Assembly: GCA_951406725.2 (NCBI GenBank)
Contig: OX597823.1
Location: 24,304,001-24,368,000, forward strand
DNA: 64,000 bases
Reading direction: 5' to 3'
From: Octopus vulgaris
Lineage: Eukaryota
Below, piece after piece: positions 40,460 through 52,600 of the stretch. The notes under the pieces were generated by a model. The model searched no databases and was not told the origin of the DNA. It saw nothing but the letters and a program-made list of their open reading frames with translations. A program made the translations under genes and the position numbers. Every line of letters begins with the position of its first letter. The stretch's first letter is position 1.

Positions 40460-43400
40460 ATTTCAAATTATGGCACAAGGCCAGCAGTTTTAAAAAGGGA
40501 CAATATTAGTTTGTGACTCAGACCTCAGTTCTTGACTGGTATTATAGTGTATTCACACCAGAGGGATGGAAGGTAGTTTTTCCTGAAAGAGTTTGAATTT
40601 GGAATGTTATGAGATAGAAGACATACAGCAAGGCAACATGGCTTTTGCAGGGTGTTTCACTATTTACTGTTCTCCTTATTCTGATACACAAAATAACAGC
40701 TCTTTTTATCACCTACCATTATACCCACATGAAAAGAGTACACCTTCCCATGCAACTAGAATTAGAGAAGTTTCAGCTAAGACTAAAGAGCTCACACAAC
40801 ATAAAATAAGATTAAGTCCATAGTATTAAAAAGAAAACAGTTAGCAAATTCACTTATATTGATCTCAAGTATTTTATCTTTCCTATCAGGACCCTTTCTT
40901 CTTGATATACTGTGTTCAGGGAAAATTCAATAGATTTAGAAACCTCAGTATTAGAGTACTAATGAATACCAAGATGCCATTTCTATCATGATGAATCTTT
41001 GTTAGTCAAAAAGAAATGTGAGCCATTTCTTTACATATCTATGAGGAACTTTAACTGGGTCAGAGTCAGCCTCAAAAAGTTCATTCTAAGGCTAGGTTCA
41101 TACAGAAACAATTGCTTAACAATTTCAAGTTATATGAATAGCCATTCCATCAATATATTTAGAAAGAGTTTAATAGGTTTCTTCAAGAAGTTTGATTTAA
41201 ACATAAGGATTACTACCAATATAACAACATTCAATTAAATTGACATCACTTCAATCTTCAAGTCAGGTATCACACAGAAAACTGAATAAGAGAACAGACA
41301 CCAGCATAAGAATTTCAGTTCTTACTCCTAAGCTATAATATAAAACTTAGTAACAAGCATTACTAATACAATCTCCAATTTAACCAGAAAATAAGACATT
41401 TCAGACAACATTTTTTAAAAGTACAAGATGTTAGCTAGGACTGACTTTAGTAAGAAATAAAAACAAAGCATCCTCCACATCTGAAGGGATTTAATATGAT
41501 AAAATAAACTGAGCCAGTCCTCCCTTCAGCTAAAATGTCTCCATGAATATGGCCAAGAACTATTTATTACACATTAGACATAATTTCTCAAGCACTCATA
41601 AGTATCATAAACTTATGAATGTGCATACTATTAAAGTTTGTTATTCATATGTAAATAGCACGTATTGAATGTACAATAGGAAAAGCCTGCACATATCCAG
41701 GCTTTATCCCAGAACACCCATCCCCAGGTGACTGTCAAAATCAATCCACCTCTCTACTGTGAGAATTCGGTCTTTCTAACACAGTGGTATATAGTCTAAC
41801 CATCACATCTAATAGTTTCTGAATGAATTACTGGATCATACAACGAGTGGCTTCAAGGCAAGTTGAAATTTCTCCTGGAGCTGGCTGAAGACAAACACCA
41901 TGTCCATGGTGTTTTGGTTTGTTCTAAAACAACAGTGGTTCTCAGGAAGATGATCCACAGCAATGGTCAATGTTAGTCTATTGAGTAGTATTCAAGCCAG
42001 GATCTTTCCTGTGATGGTGGGGTGATGCCTCTGTAATTGGAGCTATATAACTTTTCTGCTTATTCTTATAAATTGTGATGTTGATTGCATTATTGATGTC
42101 TGGAGGAAGTATACCATGCTCCCAGCATTATTCAAAAATAAATTGTCCTTTAAAAAGTAATTATGCATCAGATGCTATATGACATTTAATGTGTGTGAGT
42201 AGGAAATGTATTCCTTATTTTCTTCCTTTTTCCTTTCTAGCGAATGATGAGGTTTTACGAATTAAAAGCACTTCCATACCTGGGCAGGATACTTTTGGAC
42301 GGCTGGAAAATGTGAGCTTAAAGGAGTGTCATAAAGTTTGTCATCAAACTCCAAGATGTAGATCTTTTGAGTATAAGGAAAAAGCTAAGACCTGTAGTCG
42401 AAGTAATGTAACTCACTTGACACATGACCTTGAACCCAATAAAGAGAATTGGGATACTTACATCATTAACCCAGGTCAGTAGAGTTTTATTTATTTTATT
42501 TATTGTGTGTTTCCACACATATATGTGTGTGTTTGTGTGTACTTACACATACGTACAAGTGTGCATACGATATACATACATATATCATCACCATCATCAT
42601 TTAACATCTGTTTTTTTATGCTGGTGGGAGTTGGCTGGTTTGACAGGAGCTGGTAAGGCCAAGAACTACACAAGGCCCCATTGTCTGTTTTGCATGGTTT
42701 CCAAGTTAGAGAGATAAAGGGAGCAGGTGAGTGAGAGGGTGAAATAAAGTGAGCAATAGTGAAAAAAGATGGTGATGAAGACGTGCTGAGGCATGCCCTT
42801 GACGGATATCGTTGGCGGAGGTGAGAATAAGTAAGGTGATACAGAGGATTGAACTGGGTGAGTGGGTGATAAAGAGGTGACAGAAACAAATGATGTGTGA
42901 AATATAAGAGAGACTTGGGTTGGGGTTGCAGTAGATATGAGACAGCATTCTGGATGATAGCAAATAAGCAAGGTGTGAATGAATGAGAATAACACAGAGG
43001 CAAGACGGGACAGAAAGGTGGTGATTGGTGGAGACAGTAGGTGGGGGGAAGAGAATGAAAAATGGAAGAGTTTTTATGAGGATGTGGAGGGCAAAAGGAA
43101 GGCAACTGAGAAAGCAGGGGTATGTAGTATGAGCCTACTCTGCTCTCAGGTGATAGAGAAGTGATGGGTGTTAGGGGATGAAGTGTGGGGAGGAAGGTAG
43201 ACAGGTCAGAGAGGATGGCAGTGGGGGAGGAACAGAGTCCCTCATGGACAAGCATTACCTAGGTGATTTTAAGATCAATTTCGCTGTGGTGGATGGGTCT
43301 TCTGGAGGTGCCAAATATCTTGGTCCTATATAATTTCCTTCATTAGGCTCAACTTCTTTATGCAGCTGTCTACATCCATACACACCACATAATGAAATCA

Positions 43401-46400
43401 ATGCTTGCACACTGCATCTAATTGTTTTTATGCCTGACTTTTCTCTTAATACATGAGTGCTCTGTTGCACATGTACACTGACTTTTCACATCCAGTGGAG
43501 CAACTAACGTCATTCCTCTCTATTCTTTGCATGTACTCTGCATTCAAGGCCTACATCTCACTGCCATATAGCATTACTGCTGTACATACATAATCATCAT
43601 ACAGTCTTCATTTCACTCAGAGAGAGACAAGTTTGGTTGCCAACAGAGATAAAAACTGTCTGAATTTTCTCCATCCTATTCTTATTTGAGCAATTGCACT
43701 TTTGGTTCATTCTCTTCCACTGCTGATCAAGTCAACTAAGTGGCAGAAATTGTCTACTGCCTTTAGAGAGCCTGAAACAAATGTTAACAAAAATATGCAT
43801 TCACTGATATTCCTAGCAATAATAATAAATCAATGATAACATGGTAAAAAAAAAAAGACAGAAGCATTAGGATTTTCTGTCAATGAAATGGGGGGATCAA
43901 AGGAAGAAAATAAAATGATTGGGCAGCAAGTTACATATTATCAACAAAAGAAAGAGAAATTTGTTAAGGGACTTTTCTCTGAACATGTAGAATAGGGAAA
44001 GGAAAAAAGAATCTTTGTTCATATTTGCTCACCAGCAAAAATATATTGAAGGCAGGTGCTCATGGGTCTTTGCTTCAAACACATGGGTTCATCTAGAAGG
44101 AGATTTTAAAATCTATGTGCACAAACAAGAATTTGAATAAGCTTTCATACTTCCACTACTATGACTATGATAATCAATAATGATATTTATTGGTATGGAC
44201 TCTGACAGAATGGGGAGAAACTGTAGTGAAGCAGCTGAAATAAATAATGTTGTAAAAAAATAAACTAAAAACTGAAGCATTGGGATTTTCTATCAATGAA
44301 ACCAAGGGATTGAAGGGAGAAAATAAAACGATTGAGTAGGAAGTTACATTTTATTGACAAGAGAAAGAGCAATTTGTACATATATACATACATGCAGGCA
44401 TAAATAAATAAATAAATAAATACATACATACATACATACATACATACATACATACATACATACATACATACATACATACATACATACATACATACATTCA
44501 TTCATTCATTCATTCATTCATTCATTCATTCATTCATTATGGCTGCCCCCTCGTTATCAGGTATGGCCATTGCACGAAGCTTAACTGTTACTAGTACTGT
44601 GATCGAATGTGACTTTTTAGCCCAGCTAAAGATCTACAATGTCTTGTACAAAATTGGCAACTAAGACCTTTACTGGTAATAGCCGGCTGTAGTTGTAACT
44701 GGGCTTCATGTACCTTTGCATGTCGTTTAAGTCCTCCTGCCGAAATACACTCTCTTCCACATGCCCGACAGATATGATTAGTATGGTGTGTTACACCACC
44801 ACCAGTGGCCAGGTTGTCACTCATCTGTCTCATTTTATGACTACGAAGATGACTCATGAGTCCAGCTTTACTGAGGCAGGGTCTTGCACAGACATTGCAT
44901 GTCAGAATCAAAGGATGACCCTCCCTTCTGGAAGTGTAACAGCGATGCTCTTCCTGACATCCCTCCTTACTTTCTCATGTGCAACTCAAGATTTCTCAAA
45001 CGTGGCTGTCCCCTCATGCACAATCCTTCTCCACCTGCTACGATCAATAGCTATGCCTTCCCATGTGTCAGGAGAGATGCAAGCATCTCTTAAGGAAGCC
45101 TTCAGTAAGTCCTTATACTTCTTTTTTGGTTTATGTGGAGGTCGTTCTCCTTTAGCTAACTCTCCATAAAAGAGTTGTTTTGGCATCCTTGAATCCTACA
45201 TTCTGACCAGATGACCACTCCATCTGAGCCTTTGCTTAAACACAAGAGCTTCTATACTTACACATCGAGAGCTTTTGAGTATTTCAAGATCACTGATGCG
45301 GTCATCCCACTTAATGCTATAGATCCGTCTGAGGCACATCTGATGGAAACGTTTCAGATGTTTAAGGTGGGATCGATATGTGACCCACGTCTTGCAGGCA
45401 TAGAGAAGAGAAGGGAGCACACATGCCTTGTACACCTTTATCTTTGTCTTTCTGCATATGTCTCGCCGACTCCAGAGGTGCTTTTCTGGCCTTCCGAAAG
45501 CAACACTTGCTTTCCTAATTCTATATGGAACTTCATCATCCACATTGCCATATCTATTAATAGTGCTTCCCAGGTAGACAAACTGAGCGACTACATCAAG
45601 TCGTTTACCATTCACATAGATATTTGGTACACTATACTGCTTACCAGGGGCAGGTTGATGCATGACAACAGTTTTCTTGAGATTGACTGTCAATCCTAAG
45701 GCAGTGCAAGCATCAGAGAATGCATTCAAAATGTGTTGCATGTCAATCTCCGTGTGTGCTACTAGCTCACAATCATCAGCATACAAAAGGTCTCTTATGA
45801 TAGAGGTAAATATCTTTGTTTTTGCAGCAAGGCGCCTGATACTAAATATGCTGCCAGAGGTTCGATAATGGATGTAAACACTGTATCTGCAGTTTCTGAA
45901 TGCAATACAGAACACCATCGCGAAATATATGGAAAATAGGGTCGGTGCCAGAATATCCCCCTGTTTCACTCCATTTTGTATTGAAATGGGCTCCGACATC
46001 TTCCCTCTAACATTCACCCTACCATTCATGTCTTCATGAAAAGACCTAACCAAAGCAAGGAACTTTTCAGGACACCCAAGTTTCTGGAGGACTTTCCACA
46101 ATGCTTTTCTATTGATGGTATCAAAGGCTTTTGTCAGATCGACAAACACCTGATACAAATCCAGACCCTGTTCCACACACTTTTCCTGAAGCTGTCTAGC
46201 TGAAAAGATCATATCAGCAGTGCCGCATCACACACGAAAGCCAGATTGACTTTCTGGAAGAACACAATCTGCAATGAATTTCAGCAGATGATCCAGAAGT
46301 ATCCTGCATAAAACATTTCCTACAGCAGACAGCAATGATATTCCCCTATAATTACCACAATCATTCCTGTTGCCAGATTGACTTTCTGGAAGAACACAAT

Positions 46401-49400
46401 CTGCAATGTATTTCAGCAGATGATCCAGAAGTATCCTGCATAAAACCTTTCCTACAGCAGACAGCAATGATATTCCCCTATAATTACCACAATCATTCCT
46501 GTTGCCCTTTCCCTTATACAGGACCACCATTACTGCATCTCTCCAGTCCTCAGGTCCATACCTTACCACTAGTCCATACCTTACCAAACAAAGAGTGAAG
46601 TTTCTGCAGAATTTTCTCACCACCATGCTGTAACAACTCCGCATGTATGCCATCATACATACATACATATATACATGCATGCATATATGTATGTACCGTC
46701 ATAGAGGTCAGCTGCCATGTGGATATAAATATCTCTTTGAAAATCCTTTGGTCAGCATGCCACAACTCTCTGCTTTGATGGTATCCTGCAATTTCTGCAG
46801 CAGAGAAGCATATGCCATGTAAATCGTGGTGCCCTTTGCCAGAGAATATCTATGGACAACTGCTTCAAAACCTCCTACTTCTGTATCCAGAACATGAGTT
46901 CATATTCATACTAATAATATTTGGAGCACTAGGTTTTGTTAGTAAATGCTTAAAAGAGAATCTGGATAAACTGGGATTTTCAGAAAATTCATACATAATT
47001 CAGCTAATTCATACATAATTTAGTTAATTCATACATTACAAGTGCAATCTGTGAGTGGAACAGTAAAAATATGCAAGACTTTTCTCAAGTTCCAAATCTG
47101 AATTTGTGTTAAGTACTTCCCAAAGATGGAGCCTTGTCTCTTTGTTGGAAACTGGCAGTGGAAAATTTATAACAGTTAAACAATAGAAGAGACATACACA
47201 CATACATACATACTTCATCCTCATCATTATAATTTTCCATGCTGACGTGGATTGGATGGTTTGACAGGAGCTGGCAAGTCAGAAGATTGTGCAAAGCTCC
47301 ACTGTCAGCTATGACATAGTTTCTATGGCTGGATGACCTTCCCAATGCTAACTACATGGAGTGTTCATTAAAAATTTCCCTTGACTCACTTCCCAAGGAC
47401 AAGGATAAATGAAACTTGGCATGGTTATTAGTCCTTCTCTACTTAACCACTACCACCAATGGTAACACACTTCTACCACCATTTTATGCAGCTGTGAAGA
47501 CCTCATCTATAGAAGTTAGTATGTTGCATCTGGAGCTAAGACTTTACCTCAGAAATAAGTTCATCATCATCCAAAAAGTGCTTCCACTTCAAAAAAGACT
47601 CCATGTTTGGAAAGACATGGAGGTCAGATTATGTGAGATCAGGAGAGTAAGGGGGATGAGAAAGGATTTCATAATTGCAGGAGTGTGTTTTCATCTGGGC
47701 AACATGCACATTGTGAACTAGGGCATTGTCTTAGAAGAAGTGGACTCCTTTGGTCAGCATGCCACTCTGCTTTGATGGCATCCCACAATTTCTGCAGCAG
47801 AAAAGCATAATATGCCATGTAAATTGTGGTGTTCTTGCCAGAAAATCCATCATCACTATTCTGTGCTAGTCCCAAAAGACTGAGCTTCACCTTACCTGCT
47901 GAGAGTTGAACATGAGCCTTCTTTGGAGGAGCTAAGTTATCATGCTTCCATTGCTTTGACTGGACTTTAGTCTCAGGATAATAGTGATTGACCTATGTTT
48001 CAGCCAGTGTGATAAGTCTGCCAAAAATAGTCCTCCTCATTTTCTTGGCACATTGCCAAAAGAGCTTGGGAGCAATTGATTTATTCCTGCTTTTGAAAAG
48101 GTGTGAGCATCTGGGGAATCCATGCAGACAACTTCTGCAAATGCAAATGGTCAAGAATGATTTTTTCCATGGACCTCACACTTATCCTCACTTCTTGGGC
48201 TAGTTTCTGAATAATTATGCAGTGATCCTCCAAAATGGTGGCTTCCACTTTATGGAGGATCTCATCATCAATGGCAGAATGTGGTCATCCAGGAATAGGA
48301 GCAGTTTCCACCGATGTCCGACCACATTTGAACTGATGATGCTAGTGCTTGACTACATTGTATGATGGTGCATTGTCACCATAAACTTCTTTCATTTCAT
48401 TGAAAGTCTCTTTTGGTGTACTACCTTTCAAGTTTAAGAATCTAATCACTGATTTACATTCAACTACATCCATTATAACACCGTAGTCCACTTCAGAAGC
48501 CATAAAAGATAAATGAATACTAGTGGAAAGTAGCAATTTAAAATGTGAAATGTTGAGATATGACTATATTTGTACAAATTCTGTTTCCTGCAATAACCAG
48601 AAGTGACTCAGGGAAAATCTTTAATGAACACCCTTCGTACTTTATAGAGTGTACTGGGTACTTTTTATGCAGCATCAGCAGCAGTGAAGTCACCAAATAT
48701 TTTACAAGACAAGACCTCTTGGTTGAGGTGGACAGTAGTATTAAAGATGGTGGCTCTGTGCCAGATGAGATTTTAAAGTAAGAGCAGTGAGATAGAAACA
48801 AACATCTAGTAGTAAAGAAGAAACATGGCCACTTCAGTAGGAGGATGTGGAGGACAAAAAAAGGAGCCAGGGAAAAGAGAGAGAGGAAAGATGAAGATGT
48901 CACAAGGAGAACATGCAGGTTATAGGAAGGTGTGCAGGTGGCATTCGTTCATAATTTTGTTGTCTAAATTATACAAAAATGAAAATAACATTGACATCTC
49001 ATTTTAAGATATATTTACCAAAATTGCATAAAAATATCTTGAAATACTAAGGAGTAAATTTATTCAATACAATCGCCATTGGCTTCAGTCACATTCTCCA
49101 GATGACTTTGGGATCTCCTGCAAATCTTCTGGATTGTTTCCTTGTTTAAATTGGTGAGTACTGTCATAATCCTTGCCTTCTGTTCATCTTTGGTGTCACA
49201 AGGAGTTTTGTTGGTCTCTCATTCAACTGTACCCCATGCATAATAAAAATGGGGGTTGTAGCCTGGGAGGTTAGTTGGCTAAAGGTTAGGGGTGGTGTGG
49301 TTGCAGAAATTGTCTGACAGCCATGACTGGGTTATCTTGCTTGTGTGACAGGTACAGAGTTCTGTTGCCAGACATAGGGTCTTCCAGCAGCCACCCTTTT

Positions 49401-49523
49401 GACCCAGGGCAGCACTACCTCCTGTAGGCACTTGATGTAGACCTCCGTGTTGAGTCTCAGGCCATGTGGTAAAATGAATGTAGGCATAACATCGCATCAC
49501 TAGGGATCACTCCAAACACCATG

Positions 49524-49579
<56 letters not shown>

Positions 49580-49582
49580 CAC

Positions 49583-49627
<45 letters not shown>

Positions 49628-52600
49628 GGTAGGTAGGCAGGCAGGCAGATTACTGTTCCATTATAGGTAGAATCAACAAAAAAAAAAACTACACCATCCA
49701 GTGAGATAACAATCATTTAAAATAAACAGTATTTAGATATGAGCTACTAACAGTTTCATACTGTGAAAACCCAAAAATTCATCAGAGTAATATATCATGC
49801 TTGATGGATTACTTCAGGACAAAGTTAGGACATATAAATCTGCTGAATTATTATGTTTCTACTATATGAAGTTATTAGTTGCTCATACCGAAATTCTGTG
49901 ATTATTAAATGATATATCTATATGTGTGTGTGTGTGTCTAGTTTTGACAGTGGCTTCAAAGTTTCAGCTATCTAAGTCATCATTGGACTGCAGTACATTT
50001 GAGTTAAAATTTAAGTTAAAATGTTCTCAGTTAAGCTGAGTTCTGTTGAATGATAATCATGTTGTACAGTAGGCCATGATGGCAAGGCATTATGGAGAAG
50101 CTTTAGTGATCAAATTTGGAGGTGCACTATTAGCCACACATGTAGAATTTAGTAGCCAGGTGTGTATGCTTAGGTGCGTACGCTTCAGATAATAGGTGTT
50201 CACAAAAGATTGTAGTTAGGTTGAAGGTGTATGTTGATTAGCAGATGTGTCACCCAGTTCAGTTGCTCTTATTTTTATTTGGATATTAATGGAATACTTA
50301 ATCTTTCATTTTTAGAACATGAAGGTTAAAATTCAAACTCCAGTCTTTGTAATTAGGTGTATTATTTAGGTGTATCAGCTTTTATGTAATGAGATTTTAA
50401 GGGTTTACAAAGGTGATAAGTTTTAGTTTGTTGGCAAGCTGGTGTTATTTAGGTTTGTTCACCTGTTTGTATTGAGAGGATGTTGGTTATCCCTTAGGGT
50501 AGCCCCTAAATACAAAGGTTAAAATTTGTAGTGTATTTTTATATTTCTTCTATATGCTTTCAATATGGATATTTTATAATATATAATTTTTAATTTATTA
50601 ACACATGCAAAAGTAGGCATTGTTAAGAATGTGCAAAAAATTCTAAGCAAGATTATTCCTCTATTCTCTTTGCATATATGTATGTGTGTTTGTGGATGTG
50701 TGTTCATATTTTAGAACATTTTAGTGTAGAGCTGTAATATCAGTTATGTGTAGTATGGAGGTAGTTCATGGTGAAGGCGAAAAGGAGAAAAGAAATGTGG
50801 TGAAATATTTTTATATTTCGTTGTTCAAAAAAAACAACAAAAAACAACTGATTTGAAATGTTTTAGTGTTTTAAAAATTTTGTGATTTAAAGTTTCAGTT
50901 TAGAATTTGGTTCTTGAATATAAGAATGTGGTAAGATTCATTGGTACAAAGCTGGCAGGGTTTGTTGTTACCTTTGAGTGGTTGCATGAGTAACAATATT
51001 TTGCAGTTAATGGTAAAAGGAATATTTCTTGATTTTGAAGTCCATTTAGGTTTGGTTAGTGAAGTACTGTTTTTATCATTTAAGTTGCAAATGTGGTGGT
51101 TGTATCATGTTTTGAGGTGGTTTGCTGTAGACCCTATATATGTGTGGATGTAGTACTTAGTGTAGTGTTTGAGATTATACTTGCACAATAGAATATTGCT
51201 TAAGAGACAGTTACATTCTAAAGGGCAGGATGAAGAGGTTCTACAGTTGCAGTTGTTGCCATGTTTGGGTTTTGATCCTCAGTGCTTCACAGTCTATTCT
51301 AAAAACAAAAGTCTCAATATCCCATTAATATACAAATAAAACCAACAGCTAAACTTGGTGAAACATACACCTTAGTGAAACATGCTGATCAACATACACC
51401 TTCAACCTAACTACATTCTTTTGTGAACCCTTATGGAATGAAGAATACACACTTAAATATATACACCTGGCTACAAAGTTCTACATGCATGAATGAACTA
51501 GAAACAATAGAATGACCCTAAATTTAATTATCAAAACTTTTCCATAACTCATTGCCTTCACACCCTCCTGCACAACATAATTATTATTTAACAGAACTCA
51601 GCTTACCCTAGGAAATTTTGACTGAACAGAGATTATATAAAGCCAAAATGAATGCAAATGTATCACAGTCCAATGAAGGCTTAGCTGGTCGAAACTTCAA
51701 AGTCACTGTCAATGCAATTCTTGTTAAAGAATTATATGTGTGTGTGTGTGTGTGTGCACACATGTATTCACTATCTTCATGTAAGATCACAGTGGCTTTC
51801 ACATCAAGTCACAATACATTCATTCGGCTTAAATATAACTTTATATACATAGATATTTATATAGCTGATTCTATTGTTGATAGAATTAAAGAAGAAATTT
51901 CAGGGGAGGAACAAAGATTGAAATCGAAGTGCCTAAGAGTTAATTTAGACCAAAGTCATAGTGAGCAGGAAAGCATATAAATTACTAATCCTAACAAGAA
52001 AATGGCTCTGCTCAATATGTTGAAAGGTTGTAGGTAGAAATTCCATATGATTTTCCCAGTGCAAGTTGTAGACACATAAGTGGAATTACTGGAATTTTAA
52101 TTTTAAAAAAATCTTTACATATGTCAGATGTGCAGAAACAATAAACACTAAACCTCACAAGAAATAGATTTCCTTAAAGTCTAGGAAGATCCTTAGAAAT
52201 AGTAGATAGTTTTTATTAAGTAGGGACTTAATTTGTAGGGGAGAAGGATGCTCTAAGAGTGAAGTTGCTAGAATCAGATCTGGCTGGGAAAGTGCAGAGA
52301 GCTATTACTTTTGTTGATAAGAAAGGTCCTTTCTCTCAGAGTAAAAGGTATGATGCTTATGTTCAGACATAAGTGCTACATGGCAGCATAATGTCAGTAG
52401 GTTATGTGCAACAAAGTGTGTTTTGAGAGAAAAATTGGGCATAAGAGGCATCAGATGTAATATGCAAGAGAGAAGACTTCACTGGGATTGTGTGATGTTT
52501 ATGGATGAGTACAGCTGCAAAAAGAATTATTGATCACTAATTGTAAATGAAACTTGTGATAGAGGAAAACCCAGGAAGATGTGGGACAAAGTGGTAAAAA

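Noticed and set aside
42500-43255. 251-aa minus-strand Ser/Pro/Leu/His-rich ORF
   Set aside because: Pyrimidine-rich decayed RTE 3' UTR; no domain features.
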